From NCBI GenBank assembly GCA_038245295.1, contig JBBRSP010000020.1, positions 1 through 64,000 of the forward strand: 64,000 bases of DNA. Reading direction: 5' to 3'. Shown here one piece after another: positions 45,710-53,348 of the stretch (position 1 is its first letter; each line of letters opens with the position of its first letter). The notes under the pieces are model-generated. The model saw only the letters and a program-made list of their open reading frames with translations, had not been told where the DNA came from and ran no database searches. The translations under genes and the position numbers were made by a program. The DNA comes from Candidatus Binatia bacterium. GTDB lineage: Bacteria > Desulfobacterota > Binatia > HRBIN30.

Positions 45710-46585
45710 CTACTGCGGCAAGAGGTTCCGCGGCTTTACGTTGACGGTCATCGTGCGCCTTTCATACGTTACCCCGTCCGGATTGGTGCGATCGGCGCGG
45801 GCGCTAAGACTCACCGTGATCTGTTGAACCAGGCGCCACTCGTCGTCATTCCCCGACGCCGGAATCTGCACCACATCGCAGGTCGGACAGTTGCGCTTTA
45901 GCTGGTATGAGAAATTCAATGTGTCGACTCCGACGGCGAAAGCCTGTGCCGTCTGGCTGCCGATTTGGAGCATCAGTTGCGACGTGGTTCCGCCCGCTGT
46001 CGTTCGATTGGCAAGGAAGTAACTGCGCTCGTCTATCGCGTAAACGCCGCTGCCTATGGGATAGGGCCCATTGGCGAAAGCGCCGGTGCCGCTAATCGTG
46101 TTTGTGACGGTGTTTATCCCGGTGATATCGAAGTAGTCGCCAATCGTCGGATTGCGGATGTATGCCCGCATGCCGACAGTGAAGCCGCTGGCGCTGCTAA
46201 CCGGAATTGATGCGGCTGACGTCACCGCGACCGTCGTCGCGGTTCTTACGCAGGACATGTCCGGCCGCACCAAGCCGGTGCGCGTGATGATGGTGTCCGT
46301 GTTGTTGTTGTGGTTGCCGTCCAGGGACATGAAGTCACCCGTGATCGGAAGACAGGCGCCGGAAAGGCGCAAGTCGCGCACGATCGTGTCGATGGCGGCC
46401 CGGGCGTTGAACGTAGCCTCGGTCATCAACTCGTAGCGGCGCATGTTTTGGACCATCATCGACATGAACTTCGAGGAGGCGGCCAGCACAAACGTCGTCA
46501 CCATCATGGCGATGAGCAACTCCACCAGGGAGAAGCCACGCTGACTAGCGGTGGACCTGGGTGAAGATTGTGGAAACGGTCGCAT
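45710..46585 (-). CDS. PilW-like minor pilin
   Basis: Prepilin site QRG|FSLVELLIAM, IVRDLRLSG. Start 46585 or 46600. Confidence 0.88.
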   Translation of the reverse strand: MRPFPQSSPRSTASQRGFSLVELLIAMMVTTFVLAASSKFMSMMVQNMRRYELMTEATFNARAAIDTIVRDLRLSGACLPITGDFMSLDGNHNNNTDTIITRTGLVRPDMSCVRTATTVAVTSAASIPVSSASGFTVGMRAYIRNPTIGDYFDITGINTVTNTISGTGAFANGPYPIGSGVYAIDERSYFLANRTTAGGTTSQLMLQIGSQTAQAFAVGVDTLNFSYQLKRNCPTCDVVQIPASGNDDEWRLVQQITVSLSARADRTNPDGVTYERRTMTVNVKPRNLLPQ

Positions 46586-46958
46586 TTTGGGGCCCTGCAT
46601 TCGACGTCCAGGTGACCGTGGCGGTCACACGTTTCATGTTGGGGGAAGGGTCGTCGGGCACTACGGTCGTTGTCACCGTGTAGACTGTGTTATCGATCTT
46701 TGGCGTTGGCGGTGGGCTCTGCGCCACCATATCCTCGTAGTCCAACGTACGCATCGATTCGAGTGCCTGTTCGGCCAGCACATAACCCTGGGTTTGATTG
46801 TAGCTGCGCCCAGCGCGAAAGAACGCTGAGCTCACCAGTTTGGCGATGCTGCCAAACATGATGGCGAGTAGCCCGAGCGCCACCAACGTTTCGACGAGCG
46901 AAACTCCGCGGTTCCGACGCAGGCGCTGCGGAGCAAACCTGTGGCTACTGCTCTTCAT
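46545..46958 (-). CDS. PilV-like minor pilin
   Basis: NRG|VSLVETLVA, LAEQALESMR, KRVTATVTW. Confidence 0.88.
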   Translation of the reverse strand: MKSSSHRFAPQRLRRNRGVSLVETLVALGLLAIMFGSIAKLVSSAFFRAGRSYNQTQGYVLAEQALESMRTLDYEDMVAQSPPPTPKIDNTVYTVTTTVVPDDPSPNMKRVTATVTWTSNAGPQNATVSTIFTQVHR

Positions 46959-47430
46959 AGACCTGTCCGGATGCCCAGATCGAGACTTGATGCGCCGGGC
47001 TCCCGCAGCCGTCGACCGTCAACGTCAGCGGACCCGCCGAGAGCGGGTTGCTATAGGCCACCTGCATGCCGCGGGTGTTGAACTGATAGTGGCTCCCGGT
47101 GCTTGTAACCGGGGTCCAAGAGAGGCTGCTGGGGAGATTGACGGTCTTGACGACCGAGCCCACATCCCACGACGAGCCGTTCTGCACTAGTTTCCGGAGC
47201 TGGTATTGAGTGGCCGTCGAAAAGTACACGTCGTAGTGCGTTCCGCTGACGATGGCTCGCTGCCGCGCGAAACGCACATCGCCCATGAAGTCGTCGACAA
47301 ACCTGGCCCTGGTCTGGATACAGGTTGAACCACTTCTCACCGCGATGCGAGCCAGAATTCCGATTATGGCGACGACAACCAGGAGTTCGATCAAGGTGTA
47401 ACCTGCCTGGTCTATCCGCCGAACCTTCAT
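46945..47430 (-). CDS. FimT/FimU/GspH-like minor pilin
   Basis: QAG|YTLIELLVV, DVRFARQRAI, FNTRG. Start 47430 or 47442. Confidence 0.88.
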   Translation of the reverse strand: MKVRRIDQAGYTLIELLVVVAIIGILARIAVRSGSTCIQTRARFVDDFMGDVRFARQRAIVSGTHYDVYFSTATQYQLRKLVQNGSSWDVGSVVKTVNLPSSLSWTPVTSTGSHYQFNTRGMQVAYSNPLSAGPLTLTVDGCGSPAHQVSIWASGQVYEEQ

Positions 47431-47445
47431 TGTAGTCGTCATGTA

Positions 47446-47461
47446 CGCAAGCCCCATGCCC
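47446..47461 (-). promoter_or_regulatory. Candidate sigma54 (-24/-12) promoter of the pilin cluster
   Basis: Minus strand GGGCATGGGGCTTGCG: GG-N10-GC with TTGC. Confidence 0.5.
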
Positions 47462-47660
47462 CGCAACGGCTTAGCACGTTCGAATTACCTGATCGAGAGC
47501 TCTGTCAAATGTCTGCCGCTCGGTTTATCGGTACCGTTGGAAACATGACGGACGATGGCGCGGTTCCCCGATGCACCTGACTCCAGATGCCGTGCTTGAC
47601 TGCGGTAGAAACGGCTCGGTATGGAGGCAACTGGTGTCGGTAGCTAACAGCGATCCTCAG

Positions 47661-48281
47661 ATGGGTCTTCGTGTGGCCAACGTTGCCGGCGTGGTGCTGG
47701 CTGGTGGACGCAATTCCCGAATGGGCGGGCATGACAAGTCATTCCTGCGCGTCGGTGACGAGACTTCGTTGCAACGTGCCCTGGGTGTCTTGCGGTGCTG
47801 CTTCGACGACGTGGGTATCGTCTCGAACCGCCCGGAGCGGTACACGAGCTTCGGCACGGCCCTGACCCGTGACGAGTTTCCCGGCGTTGGTCCCCTGGCG
47901 GGTATCCATGCCGGCCTCGGGTTGATGCACAGTCCGTTCGCCTTTGTCGTCGCTTGCGACATGCCATTTCTACGGGTTGAGCCGATCCGCTACCTCGCCG
48001 ATCTGGCGGACTCGAGGTACGACGCTGTCATCCCCTGGTGGGACGGCGACATCGAACCTCTGCATGCTGTCTACGCGGCAGCCCTGCGCGAGCCGATTGC
48101 CGTTGCGATTCGCTCGGGAGCCATGGCGATCCGTGACTTGCTGCCGTCGCTGCGTGTCCGTTACGTCGTTGAGGCAGAGATGCGCACGATCGCCGGCTCT
48201 GAGGAATCCTTTCGCAACGTCAACACTCCTGACGACGCGGCGCGCTACTCGGTCCAACTCGGTCCGCGCGTCGCCGATTGA
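47661..48281 (+). CDS. mobA: Molybdenum cofactor guanylyltransferase
   Basis: VLAGGRNSRMGGHDK, GPLAGIHAGL, VACDMPF, EPLHAVY, FRNVNTP. Confidence 0.93.
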   Translation: MGLRVANVAGVVLAGGRNSRMGGHDKSFLRVGDETSLQRALGVLRCCFDDVGIVSNRPERYTSFGTALTRDEFPGVGPLAGIHAGLGLMHSPFAFVVACDMPFLRVEPIRYLADLADSRYDAVIPWWDGDIEPLHAVYAAALREPIAVAIRSGAMAIRDLLPSLRVRYVVEAEMRTIAGSEESFRNVNTPDDAARYSVQLGPRVAD

Positions 48282-48387
48282 CCGATCGATGCTGGCTGAG
48301 TACAGTGCGCTAGGTTGAGGCGTTTAGATTTGAACACCAGTTTGATTGCAGTGTGGCGCGTTGAGTAGCCCTGAAGCGAAGTCACCG

Positions 48388-49002
48388 ATGGCCGAGGACA
48401 TCATCGCGCAGTACTTGAGTTCCTGCATTTCCAGCAGCGATCCGAGACAGCAAAGAGTTGCCGTTTTCGAGCGAGTGCGGGATCTGCCGTATCATTTCCC
48501 AGCTAGCCGCGATCCGGCCGAAGTAATCGCTCAAGGGCGCGGATCGTGTTCGGGCAAGCACTACTTGTTAGGGGAATTGTTTCGTCGAATCGGCGTTCCC
48601 GTGCGCCACATGATTTGTACGCAGCGCTTCAACGAGTCACCGCTTGCATTCCCGGATGCCATGCAAGCCACTTTGCGCAAGAATGAAATCGTCGACCTGC
48701 ACGATTTCTTGCGCATTCGGGTCGATGGCAAATGGATTGACATCGACGCAACCTGGCCGAGCAACCTGCGCGAGTTTGGCTTCCCCGTGAACGACGAGTG
48801 GGATGGCTGTCGGCCTATGGGGCTCAGCGTTGTGCCGGACGAAATCTCCATGACCGAAACGGATCCCGAACGGCTCAAGGAAGAGTTGCTATCGAAGTTG
48901 ACTCAACGCCAGCGCACCCAACGCAAAGACTTCCTCCTTGCGTTGAGCGCCTGGGTGAACGAATTGGCGGCGGAGACTCAACGCGACGTGGACCGTTCGT
49001 GA
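48388..49002 (+). CDS. Transglutaminase-like cysteine-protease-fold protein
   Basis: GSCSGKH (Cys), LHDF (His), WIDIDATW (Asp). Confidence 0.8.
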   Translation: MAEDIIAQYLSSCISSSDPRQQRVAVFERVRDLPYHFPASRDPAEVIAQGRGSCSGKHYLLGELFRRIGVPVRHMICTQRFNESPLAFPDAMQATLRKNEIVDLHDFLRIRVDGKWIDIDATWPSNLREFGFPVNDEWDGCRPMGLSVVPDEISMTETDPERLKEELLSKLTQRQRTQRKDFLLALSAWVNELAAETQRDVDRS

Positions 49003-49529
49003 GTGCGGACGAACTGGTCGACGTAATCGATGAGCACGGGCGGGTGCTCTCCATCAAGAGACGCGCCGAGGTGCGCCAGCAGAATCTTCGGCACCGCAGC
49101 ACCTACATCCTTGTTTTCAACGCGGCGGGAGACCTCTTCGTGCACCGGCGCACGTTCACCAAAGACATTTATCCCGGGTATTGGGACGTGGCGATCAGTG
49201 GCGTGTTGGGTAGCAAAGAAGACTACACCGCCGGTGCGCTGCGCGAGTTGGCCGAGGAGCTCGGCCTGGTCGTGGCTTCGTTGGAGCCACTGTTTTCCTT
49301 CCGCTTCGAAGACGAACACAATCGCGTCATCGGAGAGGCCTTTCGCTGTCAGAGCGAGGGACCGTTTGTGCTCCAACCCGATGAGGTTGTCGAAGGACGA
49401 TGGATGGCGGTGGACGAGGTTCTTGCCCGGATGCGCGACGAGCCGTTCTGTCCCGACGGGGCCGAGGTCTTGCGATTGTTCCTGAGTCGCGGTGCCGGGC
49501 TCAGCGCGCGGCTATCCTCCAGGTCCTGA
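48999..49529 (+). CDS. NUDIX hydrolase (YfcD/IDI-like)
   Basis: ELVDVID, HRSTYILVF, YPGYWD, ALRELAEELG, LQPDEV. GTG start overlaps the upstream stop. Confidence 0.9.
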   Translation: MSADELVDVIDEHGRVLSIKRRAEVRQQNLRHRSTYILVFNAAGDLFVHRRTFTKDIYPGYWDVAISGVLGSKEDYTAGALRELAEELGLVVASLEPLFSFRFEDEHNRVIGEAFRCQSEGPFVLQPDEVVEGRWMAVDEVLARMRDEPFCPDGAEVLRLFLSRGAGLSARLSSRS

Positions 49530-49595
49530 GTCTAACCGTCCGGTTAAAACCAAACCCTCTCCGGAGCCCATTTCGGAGCCTGGTTCAACGGACCG

Positions 49596-49757
49596 CTAAC
49601 GAGCGGCCGACGGTCCGATGGGGCGCAGGTTCCACGCCAGGACCGTCTTGCGAACCCCATCGACGCTTTCAATCGTTACTTGATCGCCTGCTACCGAGAC
49701 CACCCGGAAGCGACCCGGTGCAGCCATCGTGATTACGTCCTCACCAACTTTGAACAT
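49596..49757 (-). CDS. 53-aa small beta-barrel (SH3/KOW-like) hypothetical protein
   Basis: Translated by hand: MFKVGEDVITMAAPGRFRVVSVAGDQVTIESVDGVRKTVLAWNLRPIGPSAAR; GGGGAG RBS; absent from the ORF track. Confidence 0.75.
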   Translation of the reverse strand: MFKVGEDVITMAAPGRFRVVSVAGDQVTIESVDGVRKTVLAWNLRPIGPSAAR

Positions 49758-49865
49758 ACGTTCTCCCCGAAGCTGCGCCGCACCATATCAAGCGAGTTCG
49801 GCCGCGCAACGGCTGTGAGCGATCTCGGTTGACCATCCCACACGTCCTGCTAGCGAGCGGCGATA

Positions 49866-50333
49866 ATGGCCGCCTGCGAGAACGATGAGCGTTTTATGAT
49901 GTTGGCCCTCGACCAAGCGGACCTGGCGGCGGCGCGAGGCGAGGTGCCTGTCGGGGCCATCCTGATCAGTGCCGAGGCCGAGATCCTGGCGAGCGCCCAC
50001 AATGCGCCAATCTCAACGTGTGATCCGACCGCCCATGCCGAGATCCTTTGCCTGCGCGCTGCCGCGTCGGCACTGGGCAACTATCGCCTACCCGGCGCAA
50101 CGTTGTACGTCTCCGTTGAGCCGTGTCTAATGTGCGTCGGGGCCATCGTTCATGCCCGCCTGGCGCGCGTTGTGTTCGGATGTTTCGAGCCGAAGACTGG
50201 TGCGTTGGGTTCGGTTTATGATATTCCCTCCGCCGGCGTGGCGAACCATTCGTTCGAAACGACCTCTGGAGTGTGTGCCGACGCGTCGGCGCAACGCCTG
50301 AGAAGCTTTTTTTCCGCACGGAGAGGTGCGTGA
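49866..50333 (+). CDS. tadA: tRNA adenosine(34) deaminase
   Basis: GEVPVGA, DPTAHAE, YRL, EPCLMC, PKTGA. Confidence 0.95.
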   Translation: MAACENDERFMMLALDQADLAAARGEVPVGAILISAEAEILASAHNAPISTCDPTAHAEILCLRAAASALGNYRLPGATLYVSVEPCLMCVGAIVHARLARVVFGCFEPKTGALGSVYDIPSAGVANHSFETTSGVCADASAQRLRSFFSARRGA

Positions 50334-50406
50334 GTCCGGTTGAAACGGCACGACTCGAAATCGTGTGAGCCGCAAGGTTCCGGGGGTTCGAATCCCTCCC
50401 TCTCCG
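50320..50406 (+). tRNA. tRNA-Ser(CGA)
   Basis: Acceptor GGAGAGG/CCTCTCC, G73, anticodon arm CACGA-CTCGAAA-TCGTG, long variable arm, GTTCGAAT. No encoded CCA. Confidence 0.96.
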
Positions 50407-50423
50407 CTCTGTTTTTGTACCTG

Positions 50424-50451
50424 GTCGGACCGATCCGGCGATCGGTCCGAC
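50424..50451. terminator. Perfect 12-bp hairpin between convergent tRNA-Ser and ORF
   Basis: GTCGGACCGATC-CGGC-GATCGGTCCGAC; no clear U-tract. Confidence 0.5.
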
Positions 50452-50457
50452 GGCACC

Positions 50458-50844
50458 TCAACTAGCTCGTTTGGGAAAGACGCGTCCGGGTACTCGCACA
50501 TTGTGCCGTGCCCGGGGGAAGATTCGTGCGCGTCCGCCTGGCATCTGTTTCAACCGCGCCAGCGAACGGCGCACAGCGTCTGCATCGAGGCCCAGCACTT
50601 CGCACACGACCTCAAACGAAAACGGTGAGTATCGCCGCGGCGAAGCAATCCAAAACTCGGCGTCGCGGGCCGCCAACTTTTGGCTACCCAGGTAACAACG
50701 CACGCCGTCCTCGAATACGGCGAGCATCAATGCCTTCGTGCCGGTTAGCTGCGGCGCTCGTGATTCGCCTCCATAGACCGTGCGGATGGAGGACATCAAA
50801 ACGTCACTATCGATCTGTGGCTTAGCCTGAGGGTCAGCTACCAT
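50458..50844 (-). CDS. Conserved-looking hypothetical protein (LMLAVFEDG...PFSFEVVCEVLGLD type)
   Basis: Helical small protein with basic tail; GAGGT RBS and sigma54 motif support ATG 50844. Confidence 0.78.
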   Translation of the reverse strand: MVADPQAKPQIDSDVLMSSIRTVYGGESRAPQLTGTKALMLAVFEDGVRCYLGSQKLAARDAEFWIASPRRYSPFSFEVVCEVLGLDADAVRRSLARLKQMPGGRARIFPRARHNVRVPGRVFPKRAS

Positions 50845-50872
50845 ACGTGTGCACCTCGGTTGTAAGAAGGTG

Positions 50873-50888
50873 AGCAACCGCCGTGCCG
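50873..50888 (-). promoter_or_regulatory. sigma54 (-24/-12) promoter
   Basis: Minus strand CGGCACGGCGGTTGCT closely matches TGGCACG-N4-TTGC(A/T). Confidence 0.7.
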
Positions 50889-50985
50889 TCGGCCCCGACG
50901 GGTGTATGGGAGCAAGAGTTACCTTGCCAGGTGATGTCATCCCTCGCAGGGATGCAAGGGCTCGCGTTGTTGCAAGGGTGTCGGG

Positions 50986-51246
50986 CTAGCGTGATCCGCA
51001 GCCGCCGCTGCTGCAGCCGCCGCCATTGCCACACGTGCGCGCTTCGACGACGGTGTATCCCGCATCGAGCAGATCGTCGCGATCAACGAGGTGGGTAGCT
51101 CCGGTGAGGACGAGATCGCAGTGCAAGCAGCGAATGAGTTCGTCTCCTGATTCGTCGAGATCGAAATAGCCGAGTACGGGGCGCGCGCAATTGCGGCAAT
51201 CGCGCAGCTCGAAAGAGGAATCGTTGGCGAGCGATGGGGTTGCCAT
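50986..51246 (-). CDS. Small Zn-ribbon protein with Cys/Gly-rich tail
   Basis: CRNC, CLHC and terminal CGNGGGCSSGGCG; 86 aa. Confidence 0.75.
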   Translation of the reverse strand: MATPSLANDSSFELRDCRNCARPVLGYFDLDESGDELIRCLHCDLVLTGATHLVDRDDLLDAGYTVVEARTCGNGGGCSSGGCGSR

Positions 51247-51377
51247 AGGTTTACGCGGTCGGTTGTGGTGGAATCGTCGCGCATTTGCAAGCGTAGACGT
51301 CGCCGGTTTTGGGCAGTCGGCGACCCGAGGGTTGCGGCGATCGCCCGGCGGGAAGTGAAGGGATAGAGGAGGAGCGC

Positions 51378-52880
51378 TTGCGTCGAACTATTTCATTGTT
51401 GATCGTCGTAGTCTGGCTTGCCCTCCTGTCTCGACTTTTGCCGGGAAGGTCGCAACCGGATCGTTCGCCGGAATCGACTCAACCTGTTGCGGCGGACGGG
51501 CGCATCTTGGCGTCGCCGATCACCACGGACGGTGATGCGGGGACTCAGGAGTCCTGGATGGGATTGTACCAGCAGGGCAAGAAGATCGGCTACTCGCATA
51601 CCAAGCTGGTTCGCCACGGCGATCAACTTCAGTGGGAGGAGCAAACTCTGATGCGCGTCCTGATGCTCGGCGCCCCACAGGAAATTGACTTGCGTATCCA
51701 GGCGACTGCTGGAGGCGACTTGCAGCTGCGGCGTGCGAACGTTGCCCTCAAGACCGAGGCGGCGGTTGTATCGCTGACGGCAACAGTCGACGGCTCGGAT
51801 CTGCGTGTCACCGGGAGCATGAACGGCGACGCGGTGGAGCAGCACATCAAGTTGACGGAGCCCGTCTCGTTGGCGTCGCTGGCACGCCAAGGATTCAGCT
51901 TTGAGCTGCCGCGTCCGGGATTGGCGATCGAGCGCCGGGTATTTGAGCCGCTGACCCAGCAGACCGTGGTCGTACGCTTCCGCATCGAAGGTTCCGGCAA
52001 GGAGAATGTGCCGGGTATGGCTACCGAGCAGGGTTGGAAAGCCAGCCAGGAGATGCGTGGCATGCGTAGCCAGTTGTGGCTCAGCGATCGCGGTGAGGTG
52101 CTGCGCGAGGAAGGCCCGATGGGTCTGACCCTGGTGCGTGAAACGGCGCAGATCGCCACCGCGGTTGCAGCGGACCCGGGTTGGGACATCACGGCGGCGG
52201 CAGCCTTACCGGTGCGCACGCTCATCGACGATCCCCGCCATGCCTGTGCGCTGACACTGCGCTTACTTGGGACAGACCTTGGTTTCGTCGTGACGGGCGG
52301 CGCCGTTGAACGCACCGACCAAACCCTCAAAATCCGCCAGATCGACGCGGCCGAGATCAAGGATTACGCGCTGCCCTACGCCGGCGGTGATCTGCAGGAT
52401 GAGCTCCAGAGTGAGCCCTTCGTGGAAACCAACGATGAGAAAATTCGTCTGGCGGCCAAGAAAGCCATAGGCGACGCGACGACTGCCGTGGCCGCGACCA
52501 AGGCACTCGTTGATTGGGTATATCGCTACGTCGATAAGGTCCCGGTCGCCAGCGTCCCGGATGCCGTGCAGGTGTTGCAATCGGCGCGCGGCGACTGCAA
52601 CGAACACGCGGTGTTGCTGGCAGCTCTTGGTCGTTCCGTCGGTCTCCCGGTCCGTGTCGCGTCCGGCCTTCTTTACGCCGACGGCGTCTTTCTGTTCCAC
52701 GCATGGAACGAAGTCTGGCTGGGCGTTTGGGTGCCGGTCGATGCGACTCTGAATCAAACCTCAGCTGATGCGACGCATGTGCGTCTCGCCATTGGTGGCT
52801 TGAGCGGCCAATCGGTTCTGGCCCAGATCGTCGGTAGCGTCTCCGCCGAGGTGGTCGAGAGCGCTACGTGCAGTCCGTGA
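51378..52880 (+). CDS. Membrane-anchored transglutaminase-domain protein
   Basis: N-terminal TM, KKIGY, GDCNEHAVL, HAWNEV, WVPVDAT; GAGGAGG RBS before TTG 51378. Confidence 0.9.
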   Translation: MRRTISLLIVVVWLALLSRLLPGRSQPDRSPESTQPVAADGRILASPITTDGDAGTQESWMGLYQQGKKIGYSHTKLVRHGDQLQWEEQTLMRVLMLGAPQEIDLRIQATAGGDLQLRRANVALKTEAAVVSLTATVDGSDLRVTGSMNGDAVEQHIKLTEPVSLASLARQGFSFELPRPGLAIERRVFEPLTQQTVVVRFRIEGSGKENVPGMATEQGWKASQEMRGMRSQLWLSDRGEVLREEGPMGLTLVRETAQIATAVAADPGWDITAAAALPVRTLIDDPRHACALTLRLLGTDLGFVVTGGAVERTDQTLKIRQIDAAEIKDYALPYAGGDLQDELQSEPFVETNDEKIRLAAKKAIGDATTAVAATKALVDWVYRYVDKVPVASVPDAVQVLQSARGDCNEHAVLLAALGRSVGLPVRVASGLLYADGVFLFHAWNEVWLGVWVPVDATLNQTSADATHVRLAIGGLSGQSVLAQIVGSVSAEVVESATCSP

Positions 52881-52896
52881 GGGCCGCTTGATGTCC

Positions 52897-52926
52897 TTGC
52901 AGCTATCTCTACGATGCTGCTAACTG
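52897..52926 (+). promoter_or_regulatory. Candidate sigma70 promoter for tRNA-Leu
   Basis: TTGCAG-N18-TAACTG with TG extension, 11 nt before the tRNA. Confidence 0.4.
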
Positions 52927-52937
52927 CGCGGCGCTAC

Positions 52938-53016
52938 GCGAGAGTGGCGGAATGGCAGACGCGCTGGACTTAGGATCCAGTGGGCAACCGTGGGGGTTCA
53001 AGTCCCCCCTCTCGCA
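52938..53016 (+). tRNA. tRNA-Leu(TAG)
   Basis: Acceptor GCGAGAG/CTCTCGC, A73, GGCGGAATGGCAGACGC D-arm, anticodon arm CTGGA-CTTAGGA-TCCAG, GTTCAAGT. Confidence 0.95.
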
Positions 53017-53071
53017 TCCAACCGCGCCGCGTGGAGCCCTTGCGGACGCGCGTTGGTTGGAACCGAGGCGC

Positions 53072-53300
53072 CTATTTCCCGAACTTCGACAAGGAGTTCA
53101 TGTCGAAGAAGTTCCGGTCAAATGGTGTGCGGACGTCGAAGATCGCGGTTGGTGTCGACTTGATTCTGGCGACGGTCGCTTGTCCCTTCTTGACCGACTC
53201 GGCGCATTGGAAGGCCATCGTCGATGTCGACGTAGAGCTCGAGCTTTCCGAAGAGGTAGTATTTGTCCTTGGGCACTCCTTCGATGATCCAGAAGGCTAG
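53072..53300 (-). pseudogene. 3' remnant of a DUF1329-like gene with internal deletion/frameshift
   Basis: One frame reads FWIIEGVPKDKYYLFGKLELYVD; a shifted frame continues STMAFQCAESVKKGQATVA...FFDMNSLSKFGK*. No 5' part present. Confidence 0.55.
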
Positions 53301-53348
53301 TCGATGCGATTGTTTCCGGCCGCCCCCGTCTCGTGGTAATCGCGGCCC

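Noticed and set aside
49530..49860. Possible 6S RNA or riboswitch in the gap before tadA
   Set aside because: Better explained by the 53-aa ORF with RBS; no diagnostic RNA motifs recognised.
50127..50628. ORFs overlapping tRNA-Ser
   Set aside because: Translations of tRNA/tadA sequence on other frames.
52952..53300. Plus-strand ORFs 52952-53287 and 52980-53300
   Set aside because: They start inside tRNA-Leu; the protein-like signal is on the minus strand.
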